From positions 64,001 through 128,000 of the forward strand of contig JBFMEZ010000025.1 in the NCBI GenBank assembly GCA_040753215.1: a stretch of 64,000 nt of DNA, given 5' to 3'. The number at the start of each line of letters is the position of its first letter. Position 1 is the stretch's first letter. This DNA is from Candidatus Micrarchaeota archaeon (GTDB lineage Archaea; Micrarchaeota; Micrarchaeia; Anstonellales; Bilamarchaeaceae). Positions 37,250 through 46,309 of the stretch are shown here, one piece after another. The notes beneath the pieces are model-generated. The model was not told the DNA's origin and ran no database searches. It worked only from the letters and a program-made list of their open reading frames with translations. The translations under genes and the position numbers were made by a program.

Positions 37250-38614
37250 ATGCCGGAGATGCGCATCTACCCCCTGAAGAACGTCCCCGAAGAAATAATC
37301 GCAGCCGCCTTCGCAAAAACCAGCCGCTCCCCCGAGCCCTTCGACAAGATAGCGGCAGAGCTGAGCGCCGAATCATCTTCAAAATTCCACGAGAAATGGG
37401 TAGTGGGCTACGGCCACTCCAGCGTAGCCGAGCATTCTGTCGCCCATCTCGCAGCCGAAAACATCTCCCGCCTCGCGATAGAAACGATAGAATCCAACCG
37501 CCTCGGCTCCTACACCGAGAAATCCACCCGCTACCAGCAATTAGATGAGGAGCATACCCATCTTCCTGAAGAAATCAAGGGAACCTCCCTCGAGCGCAAT
37601 TACAAGGATGCCCTGGACATTCTCTTCTCCACCTATGAAAAGTCCCTCTCAGCCCTTGTGGATTACTACTCCTCCCAATCAAAGCCCGAACCAGGAAAGG
37701 AGAAGGCCCACGAAATCAAGCTCAAAACCATGGCAATGGATTCTGCCCGCTTCCTCCTCCCCAACTCCACCCTCGCAAACGTTGGAATAACGATGAACGC
37801 CCGCTCCCTCGAGCACGCGCTCGTAAAGATGCTTTCCCATCCCCTTGCAGAAGTAAGAAGGGCAGGCCTTCTCCTGAGGGATGCAGGGATGCAGGCATTC
37901 CCGACTCTTCTCAGGAAGGCGGAGGAAAACACAGCGCTTGCCGGGTTCCAGGAAGAATCCAGAAAACAATTCAGCCCGTTCTCCTCCCCCGCAGGAAGCA
38001 AGCACGCCTCCCTCATCCACTACGATAAAAATGCCCTCGAAAACCTCTCCGCCTCCATCCTATACCGCTGGAGCGGCCTCTCCTATGAAGATGCACTGGA
38101 GCATGTGCGCTCCTCCAGGCCTTCCAGTCCGATGGAAATATTCAGGTCCGTAACCGCCCGCTTCCCCGAAGGCCTCAAGCCAATCCGCGAGTTCGAGCAC
38201 ATCACCTACACCTTCGATTTGCTGATGGACCAGGGCGCCTACTACGAATTCAAGCGCCACCGCATGCTCACCATAAGCGCCCAGGAGCCCACAATCTCCC
38301 TCGGCTACAGAATCCCCCAGGATATAGAAAAATGCGGAATGAAAAAAGAATTCGCAGAAGCGATGAAGGAGAGCGAGGGATGCTTCCGGGAAATAGAAGA
38401 AACCCATCCCTTTGCAGCCGGCTACATCGCCACGAATGCCCACCACCGCCGCGTCCTCGCAACCATGAACCTCCGCGAGCTCGCAACCTTCATAAAGCTC
38501 AGGAGCGCCCCATTCGCCCACTTCACCATCCGCGAGCTTGCCCTTGAGATGCTGGAGGAATTGAGGAAAGTCCACCCGGAATTCGCGGAATCCATAGGGC
38601 CCGGAGTGGTTTAA
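37250..38614 (+). CDS. thyX: FAD-dependent thymidylate synthase, tandem two-domain type
   Basis: YGHSSVAEH, EKSTRY, ARFLLP, MNAR and second-domain RHR motifs. Confidence 0.9.
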   Translation: MPEMRIYPLKNVPEEIIAAAFAKTSRSPEPFDKIAAELSAESSSKFHEKWVVGYGHSSVAEHSVAHLAAENISRLAIETIESNRLGSYTEKSTRYQQLDEEHTHLPEEIKGTSLERNYKDALDILFSTYEKSLSALVDYYSSQSKPEPGKEKAHEIKLKTMAMDSARFLLPNSTLANVGITMNARSLEHALVKMLSHPLAEVRRAGLLLRDAGMQAFPTLLRKAEENTALAGFQEESRKQFSPFSSPAGSKHASLIHYDKNALENLSASILYRWSGLSYEDALEHVRSSRPSSPMEIFRSVTARFPEGLKPIREFEHITYTFDLLMDQGAYYEFKRHRMLTISAQEPTISLGYRIPQDIEKCGMKKEFAEAMKESEGCFREIEETHPFAAGYIATNAHHRRVLATMNLRELATFIKLRSAPFAHFTIRELALEMLEELRKVHPEFAESIGPGVV

Positions 38615-39492
38615 TGGTCTCAGGAAAGCACCTGCAAAGGGAGTTCATGCTCTTTATACTCCTCTCCGCCTTCATATTATTGCTTGAGCTTGCAGGCGGC
38701 CTTTTCACCAACAGCCTCTCGCTTTTGGGAGATGCGGGCCATGTTTTCGTGGACTTGCTCGCACTCCTGCTCGCATATTTTTCAATGTGGCTTTCTCAGA
38801 AGAAGGCCGGCAGGGAATTCACATTCGGCTACCACCGCGCAGAAATAGTAGCCACCATCGCAAACGGCCTAATCCTCTTACTCATAACAGCATACATCTT
38901 CTACGAATCATACATTCGCCTCATTTCTCCCCCACCGGTTAAAGGGCCCGAGATGCTTGCAATCGCGCTTATCGGTCTTTTCGCGAATGCCTACGTGCTG
39001 TTCAGAATGAGGCATTTTGCAGAAAAAAGCATCACAGTCAAAGGTGCATACCTCCATGTACTGAGCGATGCGCTCACCTCTGTTGCGGTAGTGCTCTCTG
39101 GCCTCCTCATCATATACACGGGCAATTATGTATTCGACCCAGTTGCAGGCGCATTAATCGGCCTTTTTATACTTGGCGGCTCCCTGCGCCTTCTTCGGGA
39201 TTCGTTGCGGATAATAATGGAGGCGTCGCCCCGGGGCATAGATTTGGAGGCGGTTTCAGCAGACATATCCGGGATAAGCGGCGTAAAGGATGTCCACGAC
39301 CTCCATGTATGGACAATAACCTCTGGCTTCTTTGCCCTGACCGCGCACGTGCTCGTGGATGCAGAAAGCACGAGAGACATGAACAGGATAGTTGCGGAAA
39401 TAAAAAAGATGCTCAGGAAAAAGTACTCAATAACCCACGCGGTGATACAGGCGGAGTGCCCAACCTGCATAGATACCGAGCACCCGCATTAG
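38614..39492 (+). CDS. Cation diffusion facilitator (CzcD/ZitB-like)
   Basis: DAGHVFVD, TFGYHRAE, HVLSD and HDLHVW motifs. Confidence 0.93.
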   Translation: MVSGKHLQREFMLFILLSAFILLLELAGGLFTNSLSLLGDAGHVFVDLLALLLAYFSMWLSQKKAGREFTFGYHRAEIVATIANGLILLLITAYIFYESYIRLISPPPVKGPEMLAIALIGLFANAYVLFRMRHFAEKSITVKGAYLHVLSDALTSVAVVLSGLLIIYTGNYVFDPVAGALIGLFILGGSLRLLRDSLRIIMEASPRGIDLEAVSADISGISGVKDVHDLHVWTITSGFFALTAHVLVDAESTRDMNRIVAEIKKMLRKKYSITHAVIQAECPTCIDTEHPH

Positions 39493-39519
39493 AGCTGCTT
39501 CATAAACAAGGGAAAACCC

Positions 39520-40494
39520 ATGAAAATAATTTCCTTCTCCAACGGAACGCTCACCATTCTCGACCAGAGGAAGCTCCCGCGCAAAATCCAATATGCAAAA
39601 TGCCGCAATTACTCAGAAATCTCATCCGCCATAAAAAACATGGCAGTCCGCGGTGCCCCTGCAATCTCAATAGCCGCAGCCTACGGATACGCGCTCGGCG
39701 CCCTCTCCGGAAAAGAAAAGGAGGCATGCTCCGCTCTCCTCTCCTCCCGCCCAACCGCGATAGACCTGAAAAATGCCCTAGATTTCATGAAGAAAGGCAA
39801 AGGCAATCCTATTTCACTCGCAAGGAAGTGGGAACAATCCGTATATGAAAACTGCCGCCTCCTCGGAATCCATGGCCAGAAACTAATCCCAAGAAATGCG
39901 AAAATAATGACACACTGCAACACAGGCCCGCTTGCAGTTGGAAAATACGGCACCGCCCTCTCCGCAATATTCTTCGCCCACAAAAGCAAAAAGCGCCCGT
40001 TTGCATGGGTGAAGGAAACCCGCCCCCGCTTCCAGGGCGCCCTCACTTCCTGGGAGCTTAAGCGCTGGGGCATCCCGCACAGGGTGATAGTCGATTCTGC
40101 CGCCGCCTTCCTGATGCAAAAGGGCGAGGTGGGCCTCATAATTCTCGGCGCAGACAGGATTTGCAGGAACGGCGATTTCGCAAACAAGATAGGCACCTAT
40201 TCCCTCGCAGTCCTTGCAAAGGCCCACAATATACCCTTCTACGTATCCGCCCCCAGCTCAACCCTCGACCATTCCTCCAGCTCAGGCAAAGACATCCCAA
40301 TAGAATACAGGGATGAAAATGAAATACTGAAAACAAATGGAAAGCCTGCCTATGCAAAAGGCACAAAAGCCCTCAACCCCGCATTCGACATAACCCCCGC
40401 CTCCCTCGTAACCGCCTACATAACCGAAAAAGGGGTATTCCGGAGCTTGGATGCGCTATGGAAGAGTATGAAGGCCCGAAGTTCAGGGCAATAA
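39520..40494 (+). CDS. mtnA: Methylthioribose-1-phosphate isomerase
   Basis: LDQRKLP, VRGAPAI, RPTA, THCNTG.LA, ETRP, NKIGT and NPAFD motifs. Confidence 0.9.
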   Translation: MKIISFSNGTLTILDQRKLPRKIQYAKCRNYSEISSAIKNMAVRGAPAISIAAAYGYALGALSGKEKEACSALLSSRPTAIDLKNALDFMKKGKGNPISLARKWEQSVYENCRLLGIHGQKLIPRNAKIMTHCNTGPLAVGKYGTALSAIFFAHKSKKRPFAWVKETRPRFQGALTSWELKRWGIPHRVIVDSAAAFLMQKGEVGLIILGADRICRNGDFANKIGTYSLAVLAKAHNIPFYVSAPSSTLDHSSSSGKDIPIEYRDENEILKTNGKPAYAKGTKALNPAFDITPASLVTAYITEKGVFRSLDALWKSMKARSSGQ

Positions 40495-40994
40495 AAGTCC
40501 CCGGGGAGGTTCCGCTCCGTTGCGCAGAGCGCCTCCTCAGCCTCGATGCCCAGCCCGGCGCATTCCTGCCGCCCTCCACAAACGGAAACCTGAGCATCCT
40601 CTGTGAAAAGGGCTTCCTGATAAAAGGTACAGGCGCCACCCTCACCCTCCTCGCAATCGAAGACCTATCCTACGTTTTCTCCCTTGATGAGCGCTCATTA
40701 TCCGTAACCTTTGCGGGTGCAGCCCCATCCTCGGAGTCCTTCATGCACCATCTCATCTACCGCTCCGTCCCCGCCTCCTCCATCCTCCATTTCCATGGCG
40801 AAGAACTGCTCTCGCGCAGCCTTCCATTTCCATCCGTTCCCCCTCTCCCATACGGCTCCCTGGAGCTCGCAAAGGCGGTTTCCCTGGAGGCGAAAAGAAG
40901 CAAAACCATAATCCTCAGGGAGCACGGCTTCGTCATCTGGGCAGAGAGCGATGGAGAGCTCCTTTCCCTGCTCCGGAATCTTCTGCAGAAATAG
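40458..40994 (+). CDS. Class II aldolase/adducin family protein
   Basis: GNLS, PSSE..MH..IY, HFH and REHG motifs. Confidence 0.82.
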   Translation: MEEYEGPKFRAIKVPGEVPLRCAERLLSLDAQPGAFLPPSTNGNLSILCEKGFLIKGTGATLTLLAIEDLSYVFSLDERSLSVTFAGAAPSSESFMHHLIYRSVPASSILHFHGEELLSRSLPFPSVPPLPYGSLELAKAVSLEAKRSKTIILREHGFVIWAESDGELLSLLRNLLQK

Positions 40995-41381
40995 CTACCC
41001 GATGGTTATTTTCCCGTTCGAATTCCCCACCCTTATCTCTCCCGAATACTCCCCGCCATCGCATTCCACCCCGCAGCCCGAAACGCTTGCGTTCGCCTCA
41101 GCCCCGGAAACCGAAACAAATATCGCATTCCCCCCGCACGCGATTTCCGCCCTCTCCATAGAATAAGCCCTTGAATTCCCATCCCCCAGCGCGCAAATCT
41201 CATTTCCAATCGCAGCAATATCATTTGCGACAATCCGCGCCTTCTCCCTCGCATAGACCTGCGCCTCTGCCCCTTTGATTGAAGTCAGCGCAAACAAAGA
41301 AACAGCAAGCAAAGATATCCCTACCGCAACCAAAAGCAAATATTCAGCAGTCACCTGCCCTCTCCTTTTTGCTTCCTGCAT
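40995..41381 (-). CDS. Class III signal-peptide (pilin-like) protein; start lies within the inserted element
   Basis: KRRGQVTAEYLLL hydrophobic N-terminus; start uncertain (41381 or 41444). Confidence 0.75.
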   Translation of the reverse strand: MQEAKRRGQVTAEYLLLVAVGISLLAVSLFALTSIKGAEAQVYAREKARIVANDIAAIGNEICALGDGNSRAYSMERAEIACGGNAIFVSVSGAEANASVSGCGVECDGGEYSGEIRVGNSNGKITIG

Positions 41382-41442
41382 TTGGGTATCCTCGCTCGCT
41401 GCTGCTCGCTCGGAAGCAAAAATGAGCCCAAAAACCTCAAGC
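41361..41442 (-). mobile_element. Type-B hairpin element
   Basis: TCTCCTTTTTGC...GCAAAAATGAGCCCAAAAACCTCAAGC, matching the ends of 33651-33811. Confidence 0.8.
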
Positions 41443-41450
41443 ATCGATGC

Positions 41451-41693
41451 TTACCTGCAATACCCATACTGGCAAAGCCCGGAGAGGCAGTCGGAATTCA
41501 CGTCGCACGGGTCCCCCGCCTGCCCGGTCCCTCCCTGCGCATCCCCGCTCTCCGCCAATACCTCCCCGACCCGGCTCTCCACCGCTTCCCCTCCCTGCCT
41601 CGCGGCGTTCATCAGGTATACAGCAGCAATAGCAACAATCGCAATCACGACCGCCAGCAGTATCAGCATCTCAGCGCTTACCTGTCCTCTCAT
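41451..41693 (-). CDS. Small class III signal-peptide pilin-like protein with Cys-rich tip
   Basis: MRGQVSAEMLILL; C-terminus CDVNSDCLSGLCQYGYC. Confidence 0.85.
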   Translation of the reverse strand: MRGQVSAEMLILLAVVIAIVAIAAVYLMNAARQGGEAVESRVGEVLAESGDAQGGTGQAGDPCDVNSDCLSGLCQYGYCR

Positions 41694-41697
41694 AGGC

Positions 41698-42447
41698 TCA
41701 CCGTATATACGTGATCTCTTTCTTCTCCCCCACGGCCTGCCTCTCTATCTCGCTTTCAATCTTTTTAATCACTTTCTCCCTCTCCTTCGCCTCCTGCTCA
41801 AGCTGCGCAAGGTCCAGCTTGAAGCCGAAGAGCTTCTGCAGCTTCTCCAGCACCGCCGTAGCCGCAGAGGCATCCACGTAGCTCCCGTGCGTCTCGCCCA
41901 TGATGCACATCGCATCCATCCCCCTCACGCGCGCAAGCGCAGGAAGCAGCCCCGCCACCCCCACGATGGAGCCCTTCGTTTCCCCGAATATGAAATGCTC
42001 CTTGTACCGGTCCCTTACGCGCTCGCTGTTCGCGGCCGCAAAAACCTTCTTCGGCCCGCCCATCTTCCCGGAGCTGTACCCGCCGATTGTGATTATCGCC
42101 CTGATTTTGTGCTTCTCCGCATAATCTAGGATCTTTCCCGCCACCTCGTACTGCCCCTGCCCCGTGATCGCCTGCACGTCCCCGACAACCAGCACAAGGT
42201 CCCTGTCCTTGAGCCGGATGAGGTAAAACTTGTTCTTGAGCAGCCGCATCCCGCCCTTCTTCGTCATCAGAACCTGGTGCGGGAAGTGGGGCGAGTACAA
42301 ATCCGCAATCTTCTTCCCGCCCATCTTCTTTATCATGTATTTTGCAACGACCTGCCCGACCAGCCCTATCCCCGGAAGCCCTGTAATCAATACCGGGTTC
42401 CTCAGCTTCCCTGCTCCTTCCTTCTCAATTATGGTGGTTTCAATCAT
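41698..42447 (-). CDS. Proteasome assembly chaperone PAC2 family
   Basis: GLPGIGLVG, SPHFP and MGETHG motifs; conserved position after nop10. Confidence 0.93.
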   Translation of the reverse strand: MIETTIIEKEGAGKLRNPVLITGLPGIGLVGQVVAKYMIKKMGGKKIADLYSPHFPHQVLMTKKGGMRLLKNKFYLIRLKDRDLVLVVGDVQAITGQGQYEVAGKILDYAEKHKIRAIITIGGYSSGKMGGPKKVFAAANSERVRDRYKEHFIFGETKGSIVGVAGLLPALARVRGMDAMCIMGETHGSYVDASAATAVLEKLQKLFGFKLDLAQLEQEAKEREKVIKKIESEIERQAVGEKKEITYIR

Positions 42448-42593
42448 TCTAACCCCTTCTCCTTCCTCCTGTACCTAGCATAACGGTCGTTAATATTATA
42501 AGGCGGAGGGTGCACGGGCTTCGCCTTCCTGCCGCAGTGCTCCTCCAGCATCGTATAAGCGCCGCACGAAACGCACCTCCCCATCTTTTTCAT
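42444..42593 (-). CDS. nop10: H/ACA RNP protein Nop10 (not in ORF track)
   Basis: Manual translation MKKMGRCVSCGAYTMLEEHCGRKAKPVHPPPYNINDRYARYRR; conserved synteny. Confidence 0.9.
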   Translation of the reverse strand: MKKMGRCVSCGAYTMLEEHCGRKAKPVHPPPYNINDRYARYRRKEKGLE

Positions 42594-42637
42594 CAGTCTT
42601 CAGTCCCCAGCTCCCGGTTTCCAGCCGGATGCTTTCC

Positions 42638-43384
42638 CTACTTGTTTTCCTCGACAGAAAATGCGCAGTCCTTCCCCTTGAGCGCCTTCTCGACCCTCGC
42701 CGCGGTCCTGTCCATCTCCTTGTCCGCGGCCTTCGGGTCCTCGCTCTCCACCTTCATCCGGTACCTCCCGGCCCCGAGGTAATGCGCCGGAACCCCTTCC
42801 AGCGCCTTCTTTATCACTTCAATGCCGTCCGGCTCGTAGCACGTTATCTTGAATGTCCTCGAGATCTCGACCACTGGCTTCTTCACGTATTTCGCGACAA
42901 GCTCCTCTATCTCCTTCCCCAGCTCATCCGGGATGTCCAGCCCTTCAAAGGCGGAGCCCCCCTCATCCCTCACCGACTCGAAGAAGGAGAAAAGCTCCCC
43001 GTGCTTCTCCTCTATCTCGCTTCTCAGCTTCTCGAAGGGCTTCCTTGATTTCGCATTCTTAAGCGCAACCTGCAGCAGCTTGGCGGCCCGCGTCTCCCTC
43101 CTCATCGCCTCGAGCTTGCCCACCCTCTCGCTCTCGCTCACCCTCTTGAGCGAGAGGTCCACCTGGTTCTTCTCCCTGTCCACCCTGTGCACCTTCAGGA
43201 CAAGCTTCTGGTTTTCGGAAAGGAATTCGCGTATGTTCTTTATCCAGCGGGGCGCGACCTCGGAAACGTGCATGAACCCCTCAAGGTTCCCGTATTCGGT
43301 GAGGGAGCAGAACGCCCCGTATGGCATTATCTTCTTCACGACCGCAAAAACCAGTTCGTTTTCTTTTGGAAGCGCAACCATCAT
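42638..43384 (-). CDS. eif2a: Translation initiation factor aIF2 alpha
   Basis: S1 domain, HVSEVAPRWIKNI, DLSLKRV and GAGRYR motifs. Confidence 0.94.
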   Translation of the reverse strand: MMVALPKENELVFAVVKKIMPYGAFCSLTEYGNLEGFMHVSEVAPRWIKNIREFLSENQKLVLKVHRVDREKNQVDLSLKRVSESERVGKLEAMRRETRAAKLLQVALKNAKSRKPFEKLRSEIEEKHGELFSFFESVRDEGGSAFEGLDIPDELGKEIEELVAKYVKKPVVEISRTFKITCYEPDGIEVIKKALEGVPAHYLGAGRYRMKVESEDPKAADKEMDRTAARVEKALKGKDCAFSVEENK

Positions 43385-43545
43385 TCCATCTCGGATACAA
43401 TTGTCCCTCCGACCACTATGCACTTCCCGCCCCTCGGCTCAACCAGCCTCTTGTTGCACACCCTGCAGCCCACGCGGCTTGAGGCGCTCTCGAAAATGAC
43501 CTGCTCGTTCCCGCACTCACACTTAACCTTCATGTACCTGCTCAT
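43381..43545 (-). CDS. rps27e: 30S ribosomal protein S27e (not in ORF track)
   Basis: Manual translation MSRYMKVKCECGNEQVIFESASSRVGCRVCNKRLVEPRGGK. Confidence 0.93.
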   Translation of the reverse strand: MSRYMKVKCECGNEQVIFESASSRVGCRVCNKRLVEPRGGKCIVVGGTIVSEME

Positions 43546-43551
43546 AAATCA

Positions 43552-43833
43552 TCATCTCTTCAATTCCACTTTCTTCTTCGTCCTCCCCCGCAGGACCTTC
43601 TCAACGCTCTTCTTGCACTCCGGGCAGGTGAGCATCAGCTTCTGCCTCTTCCCCTGCTTCTTCACGGCCTTCTTCCCCTTCCTCTTTCCCCCGTGCCCCA
43701 GAAGGCTCCTCTCGTGCCTCCTCGTCCCGTGGGCGAGGCTCCTCGCCCTTCCCTTGCTGGCAATCTTCACCTTCATCCTCTGGTGCCTGCTGCACGTGGG
43801 GCAGTATGTCCTGATCTCCTTTGGAAATTCCAT
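43552..43833 (-). CDS. rpl44e: 50S ribosomal protein L44e
   Basis: RTYCPTC..H, GHGG and C.EC motifs. Confidence 0.93.
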   Translation of the reverse strand: MEFPKEIRTYCPTCSRHQRMKVKIASKGRARSLAHGTRRHERSLLGHGGKRKGKKAVKKQGKRQKLMLTCPECKKSVEKVLRGRTKKKVELKR

Positions 43834-43849
43834 CCTAAATCACCTTAAA

Positions 43850-43894
43850 TTACTGAAGCAGCTCCACCATCTTTTCCTTAAGAAGCCACTGCGC
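43850..43894 (-). repeat. Displaced duplicate of the GINS gene 3' end
   Basis: AQWLLKEKMVELLQ* versus GINS AQWLLKEKMAELLQ*, with synonymous differences. Confidence 0.92.
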
Positions 43895-44003
43895 TCCGAA
43901 CCGCGGGGAGAGCGCTCCCCCCATTCAGTTTCCTGTTTCCAGCCTCCAGTTTCCCTAAACCCTAAACGGGAAACCGGGAACTCTCTGACCCCCTCCCACT
44001 TCA
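43895..44003 (-). mobile_element. Type-A element remnant containing heptamer arrays
   Basis: GGGGAGAGCGCTCCCC hairpin and CTGACCCCCTCCCACTTCA core. Confidence 0.75.
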
Positions 44004-44558
44004 TTGTAGGAGCTCTGCCATCTTCTCTTTCAGAAGCCATTGGGCCTCCTCACCAGGCAGCTCCGCCTCGTCCCCCGTCTTGAAGGGCCCGTAGACCTTC
44101 TCGTCCAGCCCTTTGTAGGGGCTTATATCTTTTACGAACTTAATTCTTTTAATGTTTGCCTTCCCGCCCCCGACCACAACCGCATCCGTCCCTGAGACGG
44201 AAATACTGCACTTCTCCGCGTCCACGAGCCCGTGCATAGCTGCCTCGTTCCTGTCCACGACCTCCCTGAGCCGGGCCAGGAACTCCTTCTCCTCCGGAGT
44301 CAGCCCCTTCACCTCGCTCTTCCCGCGCAATGAAATGAGCACAATCTTTTCCATCCTCTTGTTGATGATGCCTTTCGCAATCCTCTTCACGTTCTCGCAT
44401 TCCTTTATCACGAGCAAATTCTGCGAAGAAAGCGCCTCGCTCTTCCTCGCTTCGAGAAAAGCCCTCAGCTCCGGGTAGAACCCCTCATCAAGGGCCGCGA
44501 GCTCCGCGTTCTGCATCTCGGAGCGCTGCAACTCCCTCAGCCTTGAGTACGTGAGCAT
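44001..44558 (-). CDS. GINS complex subunit (Gins51-like)
   Basis: LRELQRSE, L.EGFY, KRMEKIV and GLDEKVYGPF..GD motifs; position upstream of rpl44e. Confidence 0.85.
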   Translation of the reverse strand: MLTYSRLRELQRSEMQNAELAALDEGFYPELRAFLEARKSEALSSQNLLVIKECENVKRIAKGIINKRMEKIVLISLRGKSEVKGLTPEEKEFLARLREVVDRNEAAMHGLVDAEKCSISVSGTDAVVVGGGKANIKRIKFVKDISPYKGLDEKVYGPFKTGDEAELPGEEAQWLLKEKMAELLQ

Positions 44559-44612
44559 AAGATTCCTTCCCCACTTACTTTACCGGAAAATGAATATAAA
44601 CCGGTAAGTTTG

Positions 44613-45482
44613 CTATCCAACATACTCCCAGTACTGCTTCACGAAAACCGAGAACAGATACCGCACGAAATGCGCGCTCCGTTTCGAGTAGTCCACCTTC
44701 CGCAGCACAAGATAATAGAGCATTTTTTCTGCATCAAATATATTCAGCAGCGGATACCCGTTCCTCAGCAGCACCAAGTTCATGAGCAGCCTGGACATCC
44801 TTCCATTCCCGTCCCTGAACGGGTGTATGCGCACAAACTTGAGGTGCACGAGCGCCGCCAGCTCAAAGGGGTTCAGCTTCCCCTTCGCCTCCGAGTACCA
44901 CCTGAAGAACTTTCCCATCAGCTCCGGCACCTCCTCGTGCCTCGGCGCAAAATAGCCTCCCACCCGCACATCCACATCCCTGTACCTGCCCGCATCCCGC
45001 ATGGAACCATCCATCTGCATCCTGTGCAGCTTCAGCACCAGCTTCTCAGAAATATCTTCTCTGTTGCTGAAGAGGAAATCGACGCACTTCTTCATGTTCC
45101 TCGCTTCCCGCGCGTACTCCCCCTTTCCCTTCACTCTTCTCCCCAGCAGCGCCGCCTCCGTCTCCTCCAGCGTGAGCGTGCTTCCCTCAATCGCATTCGT
45201 GTTGTAGATGAAGCTTACCAGCCGCTCCCTCTCTTCCTTCCAGAGGTTCTTTCCTATCCTGTGCTTTTTCGAGTAATTTTTCCTTATTTTTTCCAGCACC
45301 TCCGTTTCCTCTTCTGAAAGAATGGGCTTCGGGCGCTCCCGCCTCGGCTTCTCAAAGCCGGCCGGCGTATGCACGCCGAGGTATTTCCGCACCTTCTTCG
45401 TCTTCTCCCCAACTCTCTTCGTCTCCGTAAGATAGTAGTAAGTCTTTCCCGCGATTTTTTTCTTCTCTATGTATCCCGCCAT
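44613..45482 (-). CDS. Fic family protein
   Basis: HPFRDGNGRMSR and TNAIEGS motifs. Confidence 0.93.
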   Translation of the reverse strand: MAGYIEKKKIAGKTYYYLTETKRVGEKTKKVRKYLGVHTPAGFEKPRRERPKPILSEEETEVLEKIRKNYSKKHRIGKNLWKEERERLVSFIYNTNAIEGSTLTLEETEAALLGRRVKGKGEYAREARNMKKCVDFLFSNREDISEKLVLKLHRMQMDGSMRDAGRYRDVDVRVGGYFAPRHEEVPELMGKFFRWYSEAKGKLNPFELAALVHLKFVRIHPFRDGNGRMSRLLMNLVLLRNGYPLLNIFDAEKMLYYLVLRKVDYSKRSAHFVRYLFSVFVKQYWEYVG

Positions 45483-45486
45483 ACAT

Positions 45487-45526
45487 ACATTTAGGGGGCA
45501 CGCCATTTTAAACATTTAGGGGGCAC
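45487..45526. promoter_or_regulatory. 15-bp direct repeat flanking the TATA-like box of the Fic gene
   Basis: ACATTTAGGGGGCAC at 45487-45501 and 45512-45526. Confidence 0.6.
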
Positions 45527-45653
45527 AGTTCCAGTTTCCTGTATCCGGTTTTCAGTTTCGATTGCTTTATGGCTATGCTTTCCATTTTTGTAGTCCCATC
45601 CAATCGGGAAAGTGGAGACTGAAAACCTGTTGCTGGAAACCGAAGACTGATTT

Positions 45654-45677
45654 AGCCCCGGAGGGGGATTGAACCCC
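45654..45677 (-). repeat. Duplicate of the tRNA-Thr 3' end (att-like)
   Basis: 24 bp identical to 46310-46333. Confidence 0.92.
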
Positions 45678-45773
45678 TCCAAGAAGAAGGGGGAAGGCGT
45701 TCCCCCCTCTCTTTAGGGTAATCATACCCCCCTTCCACTTCACTTCGTCACTCTTTGCACGTGCTCCTTACGC
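45678..45773 (-). mobile_element. Type-A hairpin element
   Basis: TCCAAGAAGAAGGGGG..CCCCCCTCTCTTTAGG hairpin through to CTCCTTACGC. Confidence 0.8.
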
Positions 45774-45814
45774 CCGACCGAAAGAGATTAAATCCACGCC
45801 CCAGAACATCTCGT

Positions 45815-46306
45815 ATGCAGATAATCATAAGGAAAGCCCGCCCGGGCGACATCGAACTGCTCGCGCCCATGTGGAGGGAACTCACCAATTACCATACTAT
45901 TCTCGCAGCCAGAAATCCGGCAAGAAAAGAGTTTACCGCAATGGTCGGAAACGCAGAATCACTATGGAGAAAGTGGATTCTGAAATGGATTCGCTCGCCC
46001 AACGGGCTCGTGCTGATAGCGGAGCATGCCGGCAAGCCAGTCGGTTATTCCTTCAATTTCATCAAGAAATCCAATCCGGTGTATCGCGTAAATAAGATGG
46101 GCTGCATGAGCGACCTTTACGTCGCACCCGGCTACCGCAATAAAGGAATTTCCTCACGATTCAGGGACGAAGCATTCAAGTGGTTCAGAAAGAAGGGCTT
46201 GAGGCACGCTTGCATAGGCGCCCACGGCTCCAACAAAAGAGCCCTGAGCATTTATCGGAAATGGGGTTTCTTCGACTTCTCAGTTGATCTAAGAAAGAGG
46301 ATATAA
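45815..46306 (+). CDS. GNAT family acetyltransferase
   Basis: LYVAPGYRNKGI and N.RA..IYRKWGF motifs. Confidence 0.9.
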   Translation: MQIIIRKARPGDIELLAPMWRELTNYHTILAARNPARKEFTAMVGNAESLWRKWILKWIRSPNGLVLIAEHAGKPVGYSFNFIKKSNPVYRVNKMGCMSDLYVAPGYRNKGISSRFRDEAFKWFRKKGLRHACIGAHGSNKRALSIYRKWGFFDFSVDLRKRI

Positions 46307-46309
46307 CCA

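Noticed and set aside
45654..45773. Second tRNA-Thr gene
   Set aside because: Only the 24-bp 3' portion is present and upstream sequence cannot form the acceptor stem.
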